Shown: one piece after another, positions 8,351 through 17,857 of the stretch
Layout of the letters: each line of letters opens with the position of its first letter
Position numbering within the stretch: the first letter of the stretch is position 1
IMG/VR virus record: IMGVR_UViG_3300042259_000129
Reading direction: 5' to 3' (one strand)
DNA from: a virus
Taxonomy: Duplodnaviria; Heunggongvirae; Uroviricota; Caudoviricetes
Length of the DNA: 21,831 nt
Position numbers and translations under genes: made by a program
Notes under the pieces: generated by a model
Told to the model about the DNA's origin: nothing
Database searches by the model: none
The model's input: only the letters and a program-made list of their open reading frames with translations

Positions 8351-9052
8351 ATGATTAAATATGAAGGTAAGTTGGATAGTTTTGGTTTAGAATTTTGTTC
8401 TGGTGGAGAAGAATCACAATATAGAAACTTTATAAGGTTAGGATCATATTATTTTAGTATTCCTGCTATCATTAAACCAAAAGAATATAAAATGCATTCA
8501 CCAGCCGGAAATTATAGTTATTATGCACGCAGAGAATATGGTTTCTATGTTTTTGATGGTCATGTAATGATTAAATGGGGGGATCAACCAGATTATTTTG
8601 GAGAGATTAAGAATAACAATTATAAATCATTCTTTCTTCCTTGGACCCAATATACATTCAGACATCATAAGATATTTGATTTAAATCATAATGAACTTGC
8701 TGTAGAATATGGTAAACACATTGATAGAGATTGTAAAATATATTCTAGATTACCAAAAGTTACATTTATTCTTGAAGATTATGATGGTGAAGAAATTGAA
8801 GCTACATGCTATATTGAAGAAAGAATGTGGACTAAAGGCGAGAAATGGTGTTCTTGGTTAAAATATTTTACTAAACCTATTGTTAGGAGAAATATAGATA
8901 TAGAATTCAACAAAGAGACTGGTCCAAAAAAAGGTTCTTGGAAGGGTGGTATTATTGGTACAAGTGAAGAAATTGCGCCTAATGAAGCTCCAATAGAAGC
9001 TATTAGAAGATATTGTTCTAAACATAATATGATATATAAAGGAGTAAAGTAA
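8351..9052 (+). CDS. Hypothetical phage protein, 233 aa
   Basis: Long open frame tightly packed with its neighbours, AGAGG upstream, six Trp all TGG. Confidence 0.8.
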   Translation: MIKYEGKLDSFGLEFCSGGEESQYRNFIRLGSYYFSIPAIIKPKEYKMHSPAGNYSYYARREYGFYVFDGHVMIKWGDQPDYFGEIKNNNYKSFFLPWTQYTFRHHKIFDLNHNELAVEYGKHIDRDCKIYSRLPKVTFILEDYDGEEIEATCYIEERMWTKGEKWCSWLKYFTKPIVRRNIDIEFNKETGPKKGSWKGGIIGTSEEIAPNEAPIEAIRRYCSKHNMIYKGVK

Positions 9053-9660
9053 TGAATGACCCATCTGTAGAAGGTTTTATGGAACCGAGCGAATTAGTGG
9101 AAAATGAAACAATGGAATCAAATGATAATTGGTCATTTAAACCGGAAAAATCTAGATTAGTACGTCATGCTATGGACGAGCTTGATTATATCGGAATGAC
9201 AGAAAATAGTCCAGATGATATGAATCGTATGATGAGAAGGCACTTGATTCATATGGTTACTGAGTTTGCTAAAGAAGGACATTCTGGATTCAGTGCTGGT
9301 TATGCTATCACCGCATTAAATAAATTATTTGATTTCAAACCTTTAGGTCCACTTACAGGTAAAGATGAAGAGTGGAATGAAGTATCTGAAGGTGTTTGCC
9401 AGAATAAAAGATGTAGTACTATATTTAAAGATGATACCGGAAGGGCTTGTAATATTGATGGTAGAGTGTTTTGGGAATGGTATACTGATGAAAAAACAGG
9501 TGAAACATATAAATCATATTTCACAAATTATTATAGCAGATTACCGGTAGAGTTTCCTTATGATGTTCCTAATAAACCAATATATGAAGAATGGACCGAC
9601 ACATGGGAAGATATTAGAGACAATAAAGTAGATTGGTGGGAGCTGAAAAATGATAGGTAA
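9052..9660 (+). CDS. Conserved hypothetical phage protein, 202 aa
   Basis: Motif FAKEGHSGFSA...FKPLGPLTGKDEEWNEV...QNKRCSTIFK is recalled as recurrent in phages. The start overlaps the upstream stop (TAATG). Confidence 0.8.
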   Translation: MNDPSVEGFMEPSELVENETMESNDNWSFKPEKSRLVRHAMDELDYIGMTENSPDDMNRMMRRHLIHMVTEFAKEGHSGFSAGYAITALNKLFDFKPLGPLTGKDEEWNEVSEGVCQNKRCSTIFKDDTGRACNIDGRVFWEWYTDEKTGETYKSYFTNYYSRLPVEFPYDVPNKPIYEEWTDTWEDIRDNKVDWWELKNDR

Positions 9661-10168
9661 AATGTTCAAGAACTACAAGGAGAGAACAGAAAATCATATC
9701 AAGAATGTTCAAGATGTTTTTGAGTTTATTTTTTCTAATGAAGCAACAAAGTCATATTTAGATGATATGTTTATTTCGAAAACTGAACTTGAAGAACGAA
9801 TCGAAGCACATGATGAATCCAAATTTTCTATTGAAGAAATGATGGGCTATATTTTGATGACTGAGAAATATAATAGAAAGGTTGGGTATAAGTTTACACC
9901 TGAAGATGATACTATTATGACTAAAGCATGGGATCATCATAAATTCGTAAATAGACACCATCCCGAATATTTTGAAGATATCAAACAAATGATGTTTATT
10001 GATCTTATTGAAATGGTTTGTGATTGGGGAGCTATGAGCTTTGAATTCAAAAATTCCTTGGTCGAATTTAAAGATCAAAAGGCATATCCAAAATATAATT
10101 TTACAGATGAGCAGACAGCATTTATTGATTTCCTTTGTAATGAAATCGAAAGAGGATTTTTGAATTAA
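9650..10168 (+). CDS. HD-like protein (DUF5662-like), 172 aa
   Basis: ENHIKNV, AHDESKFS, WDHHKFVNRHHPEYF, DLIEMVCDWGA. Confidence 0.7.
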   Translation: MIGKMFKNYKERTENHIKNVQDVFEFIFSNEATKSYLDDMFISKTELEERIEAHDESKFSIEEMMGYILMTEKYNRKVGYKFTPEDDTIMTKAWDHHKFVNRHHPEYFEDIKQMMFIDLIEMVCDWGAMSFEFKNSLVEFKDQKAYPKYNFTDEQTAFIDFLCNEIERGFLN

Positions 10169-10171
10169 AAA

Positions 10172-10681
10172 TTGAAATTAAGAGAGGTATTAATGGGACT
10201 ATTTTCATTAACAGAGTTTGAGCGTTTTCTCCAGTTATCTAATTCATTCTCAGATATTGATCAAGAATTTTCTACAACATTTCCAACATTGGAAGTAGTT
10301 AAAGAGGATTCCCCTATCTATGATTTTTGTACTTTGTTTACAATAGGTTCTAAGCAGTTTAATTTTATTGCATATATTGAAGAAGGGAATATTTGGAAAA
10401 TTTCTTTTCATAATGAAAATGAATACAATAACATAAAGAATCTTACTAAAGAGCAGCTATTTGAGTATTATTATGGATTTTTAACTTCATTAAGAATGCT
10501 ATTAAAAGAAAAAAAGGTAAAAGAAATTCAGTTTATTTTCTTTAATAAAATGAATTGTATTGAAAGACTATTAAATAATACTCAAGTATTTAAATTTATT
10601 ATGATAGATTCAGGATACAAATATAGTAGAAATATTAATAGAGGGTCTATAAATCAGATTTCATATACAAAAACAAATTAA
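10172..10681 (+). CDS. Hypothetical protein, 169 aa (TTG start)
   Basis: Open frame filling the gap between its neighbours. No recognisable motif. Confidence 0.65.
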   Translation: MKLREVLMGLFSLTEFERFLQLSNSFSDIDQEFSTTFPTLEVVKEDSPIYDFCTLFTIGSKQFNFIAYIEEGNIWKISFHNENEYNNIKNLTKEQLFEYYYGFLTSLRMLLKEKKVKEIQFIFFNKMNCIERLLNNTQVFKFIMIDSGYKYSRNINRGSINQISYTKTN

Positions 10682-10707
10682 TAAATTATATTTAAGGAAC
10701 ATTTAAA

Positions 10708-11226
10708 TTGGACTTAAAAGTTAATATTAGTGAAATTATTCAAGGAAGTTTTTTAGATTATCCTTCTAAAGAGGATATTTGTTTGTCATTATATTTTGCT
10801 GGATGCGATGGGATTTGTCCACAGTGTCAAAATAAAGAACTTCAAGATCCTTTATATGGAAAGATATTTACATTATCTGAATTGATAAATATAATTTCCA
10901 TAGAAACAAAACGATATAGAACAAATAAAATTACTCTTTTAGGTGGTGATCCATTATTTTATAAAAATAGAGAATTTGTTAAAGAATTATTAAACAGAAC
11001 ATATACCAAATATGATTATTGTATTTATACTGGGTACGATGTTGAATATGTCAGATATAATAGAATTGAAAATTTTAAATTTTTAAAAACAGGGAGATTT
11101 GATCATACACAAAAACAACAATCTCTAAAGACAGATGATTATTTTCAGTTAGCAAGTAAAAATCAAAAAATTTACAACAGTGATTTTAAATGTCTTACCC
11201 AAGACGGTATTTTATATTTTAACTAA
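10708..11226 (+). CDS. nrdG: Anaerobic ribonucleotide reductase activase (radical SAM)
   Basis: FAGCDGICPQC (CxxxCxxC), ITLLGGDP, CIYTG, LKTGRF, ASKNQ; directly upstream of nrdD. Confidence 0.9.
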   Translation: MDLKVNISEIIQGSFLDYPSKEDICLSLYFAGCDGICPQCQNKELQDPLYGKIFTLSELINIISIETKRYRTNKITLLGGDPLFYKNREFVKELLNRTYTKYDYCIYTGYDVEYVRYNRIENFKFLKTGRFDHTQKQQSLKTDDYFQLASKNQKIYNSDFKCLTQDGILYFN

Positions 11227-11240
11227 GGAGCGTTTATTAT

Positions 11241-13238
11241 ATGGAATTTAATTTTTCTCAAACATTTTATAACGAAGCAGATACTACAGTAACAATTAAA
11301 CAAATTGCTAAAGGACTTAAGGCAAATATCAAACGTAAGTTTCCAGATAAAGATAATGATTGATATAACGAAGTTACTGAGAAAATTCTTGAGAAAAATG
11401 GCATTGATTTTAACCATTTTAATTTCATTCATGTAATTGAAAAGGTTATTTCCGAACAACTAAATGATGTTTCTATTGATGATAACTCTAACAAAAATGA
11501 AAAAACAATTGCTGGTATTTATGCTGAAGCAATAGCACCAATTAAAAAGGTTGTGGGATTTGATTATCTATATAGAACAATGAAAGAAATGTATGGCAAG
11601 GCTCGAGCAAAACGTCTTGCTTCTAATATGTATGATTATTCTATTGGTCTATCTGATTCTACAAACATTCTTCTTCCCTATTGCTGGGCAATGGATTCAA
11701 GTAAGTTATTAACTATCGGTAGAGAATTTGGACAATTACCATCAGGCCCTGCAAAAAGAATTAGTTCATACATTTCTGCACTATGTGAGACAGTACATAA
11801 TTTTGCTACAAATTTGGCTGGCGCGTGCGCTATTGGGGATTTTTTTCTATGTGTATCTAAACTTGCATACTATAATATGGATTTAAAAATTGAAAACTTA
11901 TATGACCCCAAATGTAGAAAACATTTTGAAAATGAGTTTCAACAATTTGTACATTCTGTAAACCACCTTTCAAGGAATTCTTCAGAAAGTCCATTTACGA
12001 ATATTTCAATTTTTGATAAAGTTAAATTGAAATATTTTGTCTCACAAGAAGTTGAATGGATGTTTCCTATTCCTGATACTTGGGAAGGGAGTAAAGATGA
12101 TTTTTATTCATATATGACAGATTATATATATGAGATTCAAAACATCTTTCTTGATTTCTTTGATAAAGGAGATCCATTAAACAATGGTACTCCATATAGA
12201 TTCCCAGTTATTACATTAAATTTTAGTAAAGATGATGAAAAGATTAAAGATGTTGATTTTCTTGAAAATGTTACGTCTAGGGATATTTTTAGATATAATA
12301 TTTTTCTATCTGAGGGAACAAAAATAGCCAGTTGTTGCCGCCTTGTAAATGATAATGAATTATTTGATATGGGAACGCAATCAAACTCTTTTGGATCTGG
12401 CGCGCTATCTTCTTTAGGTTCTCATAGAGTTGCAACAATCAACTTTAATCGCATTGCATTGGAAGCCAAATCTGTTGAAGATTTTTGGAAGATATATAAC
12501 CAAAGAATTGAAGATAGTAGGGATATTTTGAAAGCCCATAAAACTCTTATTGTAATGTTGGCTAACAAGGGCCTACAAAAGTTTATATCTAATGGGTGGA
12601 TAAATGTAAAAAGGCTCTTTTCTACATTTGGAATTATGGGATTAGTAGAATGTCAAAAAACAATGGAGAGAAAATTTAATATAGAGTATGATATTATAGA
12701 ACAATCTTTAATACATCTAAATAAGAAGTCTAAAGAATTTTCTACAAATGGTGAGGGTTATGTATTCAACATTGAACAAATCCCTGGTGAATCATATGCA
12801 GTAAGACTATGTAATGTAGATAAATTACTTTTTGGCGAAGAGCTTGTTCCATGTAAACTATATGCTAATCAATTTTTACCATTGTGGGAAGATGCAACTG
12901 TTTGGGAAAAACTTGATATTGATGGTAAATATAATAAATTGATTACTGGTGGGTCTTTAGTACATGCACAGTTGGGCGAAAAAATAACAAAAACACAAGC
13001 CAAGGAGATAATTAACTACGCAGTAAAATCTGGATGTGAGCATTTTGCATTAAATTCTATCTATAGTAAATGTGAAAATGGGCATATGAGTTTTGGGGAT
13101 TTAGAAATATGTCCCATTTGTAATGGAGAAATTATTGATAAGTTTAGCAGAGTTGTCGGATTTTTTGTTCCAGTTTCTTCTATGAATAAAGTAAGAAGAG
13201 AATGGGAGTTTCCACGAAGAACTTTTGCTAAAGTATAA
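11241..13238 (+). CDS. nrdD: Class III anaerobic ribonucleotide reductase, 665 aa; extends the track ORF by 104 codons through one TGA (11361-11363)
   Basis: AAGGAG precedes ATG 11241. Motifs LLPYCWA, ESPFTNISIFD, YRFPVIT, IASCCRL, EQIPGES, CENGH...CPIC and the glycyl-radical loop FSRVVGF. Confidence 0.95.
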
Positions 13239-13341
13239 ATAGTTATATAATATTAGGGACAGCTCCGGCCAGAGTTGATGATTTAACCTCATCTAAATCA
13301 TCTAACCTAATATAAAATTTTAAGATGAGGTTGCTACTATG
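13234..13341 (+). promoter_or_regulatory. Late promoter and RBS-sequestering hairpin of the second endonuclease
   Basis: TATAAATA at 13234-13241. AACCTCATCT (13285-94) pairs with AGATGAGGTT (13323-32), covering the GAGGT site, and a near-consensus TATAAAAT lies in the loop. Confidence 0.6.
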
Positions 13342-14643
13342 TTTAAAGAAGAGCATTTACTATGTGTTATGTGTGGTAAACAACTATTAACAAAAGTTGG
13401 TCTTTTGCGCCATATTAAAAAGTGTCATAATATTACATTAAAAGAGTATTATGACACTTTTATTTTAAAAAATAATGAAAATGTTTGTTTAATGAGTAAT
13501 TGTGAAAATTTTACAGAATTTGATTCAAAGAAATTTGAATATAAAAAAATTTGTAAAATATGTAATAACACTAGAGTATCCACACTAGAGTTCTACGAAA
13601 TTAGATATGGTAAAGAAGAGGGAACTAGGTTATATTCTCAAAGGAAGAAAAATATTTCTAAATCTACTAAAGGAAGAAGTGGGGCGTCTTTAGAAAATTA
13701 TATTAAAAAATATGGAGAAGAAGAGGGAACTGAAAAGTTCAATTCATTCTCTAAAAAAGTATCTAAATCTCGTAAAGGGAAAGGCACTCTTGAATACCAC
13801 ATTGAAAAACTTGGTGAAGAAGAAGGGACTAAAAAATATATAGAAATTTGTAAAAAATCTTCAACCTCTAAGGAGTCCTTTATTGCCAGATATGGAGAAG
13901 AAGGGGAGAACTTATATAATAAAAGATGTGAAAATATATCCAAAAACACTAAAGGCAATGGGAATCTTGAGTACTATATTAACAAATATGGTGAAGATAA
14001 AGGAACAGAATTATACAATAAAAATTGTAAAAGTTATGGAAACACACAAGAGAATTTTATTAAAAGATATGGTGAGTTAGTAGGGAAAGAAAAATATAAA
14101 AAGTACTGTGATGGGTGTTCACATGATCTAAATTTTTTCATAGATAAGTATGGTGAGAAGGAAGGTAAAGAAAAATACTTTTTATGAATAGAAAAATCAC
14201 AAGTAAACTTTAATGATGCATCAAAGGAATCAATGAATGTGTTCTTTCCATTAATGGATTGGTTGTTAGAAGAAGAAATTTGTACATTTGATGAAATTTA
14301 TGTGGGAATAAAGGGAAGTACGGAGTGGTTTATACGGGATCAAGAAATATATTTTTACGATTTCACTATTCCAAAATTCAAAATCATTATAGAATATAAT
14401 GGGGAAGCCTTTCATCCAAACCCGAAGTGGTTAAAAGAAGACAAAGAAAAATGGGATATGTGGAAATCTCCGTTCTCAAAAGAAGATTCTAATACCGTGT
14501 ATCACAAAGATATGAAAAAGACTGCTCATGCTATAAATAGAGGATTTTATTTAATAAAAATTTGATCTTCAGACGGTGAGGACTACAATTTAAACTATTG
14601 TAAACAAAAAATTAAGGACCACATCTACTCCAAAACGAACTAA
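13339..14643 (+). mobile_element. Free-standing homing endonuclease, 434 aa: Zn-finger-like N-terminus, seven (K/R)YGxxxG-type repeats and a C-terminal EDxHD/Vsr-like nuclease; 2 TGA
   Basis: CVMCGK...HIKKCH; FYDFTIPKFKIIIEYNGEAFHPNP. Track ORFs 13339..14187 and 14233..14565 are one frame, with TAA at 14641-14643. Confidence 0.8.
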
Positions 14644-14667
14644 AGTAAAATTCTAAAAATAATAGTG

Positions 14668-14725
14668 TACATCCTTGGCTGAATTTGTTAATTTTGTTTT
14701 AACGAAACAATTAGCCAAGGATGTA
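14668..14725 (+). promoter_or_regulatory. 13-bp inverted repeat covering the GNAT ribosome-binding site, with an embedded sigma70-like promoter
   Basis: TACATCCTTGGCT (14668-80) and AGCCAAGGATGTA (14713-25). AAGGA is in the 3' arm. TGTACA (14666-71), 17 nt, TAATTT (14689-94) with an upstream TG. Confidence 0.6.
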
Positions 14726-14731
14726 TAATTT

Positions 14732-15283
14732 ATGAACATTTCTTACAAGACACTTACTGTTGATGATTTGTATGAACTTTTGGTTGATTATAATCTTGAT
14801 GACCCCTATGTTAAATTAGAAGAGTTATCGGAAGAGATTAAATATTTCAATTTAAACGGCGAGGCCCATTACGAAGGAACAAGATTTTTTTGTGCATATG
14901 ATGGCGATGATCTTGTTGGTGTTGCAAAATTGTTTGTTGGTGATAGAGGTTGTTATGCATATCCCGGTTGGAAAAATTGGATAAGTTTTTGTTCTGTTAG
15001 AAAAGGTTATTTTGGTTTTGGTATAGGAAAAAGACTTCTTGAAGAACTTTTTAAATATGCTGCGGTAATGGGTTTGGATGTTTTAACAAGTGGTTATTCC
15101 TTGAGGGGATGGCTACATTTAAGAAAATATGTACATATATATACCGCTAAATATGGTGTTGATCTGAATGATCCAGAAACTAAACCAAGTTTTTTGGATT
15201 GGGAAAAATTTGAAGGATTCGCAAATGCTGATGAATATGAAGATGTTTTGCAAACGGCTTTAAAAAATAAGGTCTTGACATAA
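14732..15283 (+). CDS. GNAT-family acetyltransferase, 183 aa
   Basis: FCAYDGDDLVGVAKL, ISFCSVRKGYFGFGIGKRLLEELFKYA (acetyl-CoA-binding motif A). Confidence 0.8.
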   Translation: MNISYKTLTVDDLYELLVDYNLDDPYVKLEELSEEIKYFNLNGEAHYEGTRFFCAYDGDDLVGVAKLFVGDRGCYAYPGWKNWISFCSVRKGYFGFGIGKRLLEELFKYAAVMGLDVLTSGYSLRGWLHLRKYVHIYTAKYGVDLNDPETKPSFLDWEKFEGFANADEYEDVLQTALKNKVLT

Positions 15284-15324
15284 ATTTTAATATTGTTTAT
15301 GTATTAATTGTCAAGGAGATAGAC

Positions 15325-16656
15325 ATGCACAAATATATTGTTCAAAAAATAATCAATACTGGATTTGAGTGTTACTATGTTGGTGGTTTTGTAAGAGACT
15401 CTATTATGGGTATCAAATCTGAAGACATTGATTTGGCAACTAACGCCAAGCCCCATGAATTAGCAATTATTTTTGCTGGAGATAAAATTGACTTTGTTGG
15501 CGAAACCTTCAAGGTTCTTATTGTTAATGGTATTGAGGTTGCTACTTATCGTAGGGATCATTACTTTGGTGGTTCAGACAAGAATTGTAAAATTGAATAT
15601 GCCGAAACTATTGAAGAAGACCTTTCACGTCGTGATCTTACTATAAATGCTTTGGCTCAATGTGCCAAAACCGGTAAGATTATTGATCCTTTTGGTGGGA
15701 TTGATGATATTAAAATGCGGCGAATTCGTTTTGTTGGTGATCCTTATAAACGTATTAATGAAGACCCAAATAGAATGATTAGAGCGGCTCGTTTTGCTGC
15801 AAAGCTTCAGGGGGCCATCCATAATAATACTTTAGAAGCAATTCGCAATTCACATGGGCTGTTCAATAACATTGCAAAAGAGAGGATTTCACAAGAAATC
15901 ATCAAAGCGATGAAGATTAAGAATGCTTCTAATTTTTTTATTGCTCTTCATGACATGAGGTTGCTTCAGTATATTTTTCCTACTTTAGATAAATGTTGGG
16001 AGCATGATGGTGGACCTCATCATGCTGAAGATCTGTTTACTCATATGATGACTGCCGGTGATTATCTATCTACTAGATGTTATATTCTTAAACTTGCTGG
16101 ATATCTTCATGATATTGGGAAAGTTAAAGCTTATGACCCTGTTGAAAGATCTTTTCACGGGCATGAAAAAACTGGGGAATATGGTGTAGAAAAGGAATTA
16201 AAATCCCTTAAATTCTCAAATGATGATATAAATAAAATTAAAGCATATATTCGTTATCATATGAGAAACAATTATGGTAAAGAGAAGAGTATTAGAAAGC
16301 TTGTTAGAGAGCTTAATGAAAGTGGTATAAATTACAGGTCTCATACCAGGTTAAAGTGTGCAGATAGAGCAGGTAATTTCAATAAACCAAATTTCAAGTA
16401 TTCTGAGATTAAGAATATTCTTTTGAAATATGAAAATCTTTTTACTGGGAAAGAGGATTCAGTTTTCTCTATTAAAGATCTTAAGATTAATGGTAATGAT
16501 TTAATTGAAACATTTGATCTTAAACCTGGAAAGATTATTGGGGATATTCTTAGGTTTACTTTGGAAATGGTATATGATAATAAAATTACAAATGATAAAG
16601 AAGATATTTTAAATTTTCTTAAGAATCATTTGGAGGAGATTAAAAATGAATATTAG
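15325..16656 (+). CDS. cca: tRNA nucleotidyltransferase (class II, CCA-adding or CC/A-adding) with HD domain, 443 aa
   Basis: YYVGGFVRD...DIDLAT, EDLSRRDLTINALA, EDPNRMIRAARF, HSG-like HHAEDLFTH, LHDIGK...HGHE, DLKINGNDLI. Confidence 0.92.
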   Translation: MHKYIVQKIINTGFECYYVGGFVRDSIMGIKSEDIDLATNAKPHELAIIFAGDKIDFVGETFKVLIVNGIEVATYRRDHYFGGSDKNCKIEYAETIEEDLSRRDLTINALAQCAKTGKIIDPFGGIDDIKMRRIRFVGDPYKRINEDPNRMIRAARFAAKLQGAIHNNTLEAIRNSHGLFNNIAKERISQEIIKAMKIKNASNFFIALHDMRLLQYIFPTLDKCWEHDGGPHHAEDLFTHMMTAGDYLSTRCYILKLAGYLHDIGKVKAYDPVERSFHGHEKTGEYGVEKELKSLKFSNDDINKIKAYIRYHMRNNYGKEKSIRKLVRELNESGINYRSHTRLKCADRAGNFNKPNFKYSEIKNILLKYENLFTGKEDSVFSIKDLKINGNDLIETFDLKPGKIIGDILRFTLEMVYDNKITNDKEDILNFLKNHLEEIKNEY

Positions 16657-17065
16657 GGATGCGGTATCTTTTGTAGGTAAAAGATTTCAGTATATGAAAG
16701 ATCCAAAGATTTACATTGCAGATTTATGGTATATTATGAAAAAATCAGATGTTATGGTCGGAGATTGTGAAGATTTTGCTCTTACATCTATTTGATATGC
16801 ATGTAACAAAAATATATTTACATTTATTTTAAATGTTTTTATATTACATAGATATAGAATATATTTTGCAAAAACTCGATCTGGCGGAGGCCACGCCGTA
16901 GGTTATGCTAATGGTTATTGATTTGATAATTTTACTAGGGAGGCCCTTTCAAAAGAAGAATTTTTAGAAAGAACAGGTCATAAAATTAAATTATTTTTTC
17001 CTTCACCATTAATTATGATTTACATGTTTTTTGGTTTGTTTTATAAATTTATTAAAAATAGATAA
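16646..17065 (+). CDS. Transglutaminase-like cysteine protease (BTLCP/C93-like), 139 aa; 2 TGA; absent from the ORF track
   Basis: GGAGGAG upstream. GDCEDFALTSI(W), GGHAVGY and Y(W)FDN give a Cys-His-Asp triad, and the C-terminus is hydrophobic. Confidence 0.75.
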
Positions 17066-17084
17066 AAAAATAAGGGGCTTGTTT

Positions 17085-17219
17085 ATGAAGATTTCTTTTA
17101 GAGCAAAATCCAATAAAGCTATTCTTTCTATTAAAGATAGAAAAGTGTCTTTTCCTTTGAATTATGTTCAATATATTTTTGGAAATAGAGATTTTAAACC
17201 TACCCCTAAAGTTAAATAG
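17085..17219 (+). CDS. Small hypothetical protein, 44 aa
   Basis: AAGGGG upstream of ATG 17085. MKISFRAKSNK...PKVK, TAG. Confidence 0.5.
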   Translation: MKISFRAKSNKAILSIKDRKVSFPLNYVQYIFGNRDFKPTPKVK

Positions 17220-17228
17220 GATTTAGAA

Positions 17229-17405
17229 ATGGGAAAAATTAATCCTGCACTCTTCGAAGAAATTTTTGAAAATGGTATTCTTGATGTAAAGGTTAAACAA
17301 AGACATTGTATGCGTAATCCCTCAGTTGCACATGAAGATAAGAAACGTGAAAAGGATCGTAGAAAGTGCCGCAAATTTAAACAAAAATTTTTTGAAGAGG
17401 AATAA
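17229..17405 (+). CDS. Small basic hypothetical protein, 58 aa
   Basis: MGKINPALFEEIFENG...HEDKKREKDRRKCRKFKQKFFEEE, TAA; packed between neighbours. Confidence 0.55.
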   Translation: MGKINPALFEEIFENGILDVKVKQRHCMRNPSVAHEDKKREKDRRKCRKFKQKFFEEE

Positions 17406-17407
17406 TC

Positions 17408-17554
17408 ATGTATAAGAAATGGCTAACAAGTGCAGAACAGGAAAAGAATGAATTTTTGGATGAAGACTATGAACCCACTGAATCTTTAGAGGAAAGAAGA
17501 AAGCGCGAAGAGGCAGAAGAGTGGGAGCATTATAATGGAAGTTGCGGTTATTAG
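17408..17554 (+). CDS. Small acidic hypothetical protein, 48 aa
   Basis: GAGG upstream. MYKKWLTSAEQEK...GSCGY, TAG. Confidence 0.55.
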   Translation: MYKKWLTSAEQEKNEFLDEDYEPTESLEERRKREEAEEWEHYNGSCGY

Positions 17555-17560
17555 AAATTT

Positions 17561-17593
17561 TTTGTTTACAATTAATTATGTTTATTATAAATA
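17561..17593 (+). promoter_or_regulatory. Composite early and late promoter (TTTGTTTACA plus TATAAATA)
   Basis: The exact 10-mer TTTGTTTACA recurs upstream of transcription units at 17561, 18441, 18681, 20362 and on the minus strand at 7350. TATAAATA is at 17586-17593. Confidence 0.65.
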
Positions 17594-17627
17594 TATTTTT
17601 ATTCAAACAAACTAAAGGATAGGCTTA

Positions 17628-17846
17628 ATGAACTTAAAAAGATATTTGCTTGAAGAAATCGACCCAGAAGTCAAAAAGATTAAGAAAGGTGATGAAGTAA
17701 AGTTTTACAAAGGCAAGCACAAAGGTGCATCTGACTTTCTCTATCACGGGATTGTTACTAAGGTATCAAAATCCCATATTACTATTAAATCTAAGTCTGG
17801 TGAGATCTATGTTACTGCAAAAACTGAAATGGTAATGGATCAGTAA
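17628..17846 (+). CDS. Hypothetical protein, 72 aa, possibly an SH3/KOW-like beta-barrel
   Basis: AAGGA upstream. IKKGDEVKF...GIVTKVSKSHITIK pattern. Confidence 0.7.
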   Translation: MNLKRYLLEEIDPEVKKIKKGDEVKFYKGKHKGASDFLYHGIVTKVSKSHITIKSKSGEIYVTAKTEMVMDQ

Positions 17847-17857
17847 GAGGAAAAAAT

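Noticed and set aside
14599-14608. Antisense early promoter (TTTGTTTACA on the minus strand) within the endonuclease 3' end
   Set aside because: No TAnnnT -10 element at 16-18 nt spacing.
17085-17405. TAG read-through joining the 17085 and 17229 ORFs, which are in the same frame
   Set aside because: TAG serves as a normal stop for several genes here (Hint-like, cca, 17408, 18472, 18888), and the second ORF has its own ATG.
17229-17405. ArfA-like ribosome rescue factor
   Set aside because: The only shared feature is a basic C-terminus, and the ArfA core motif cannot be aligned.
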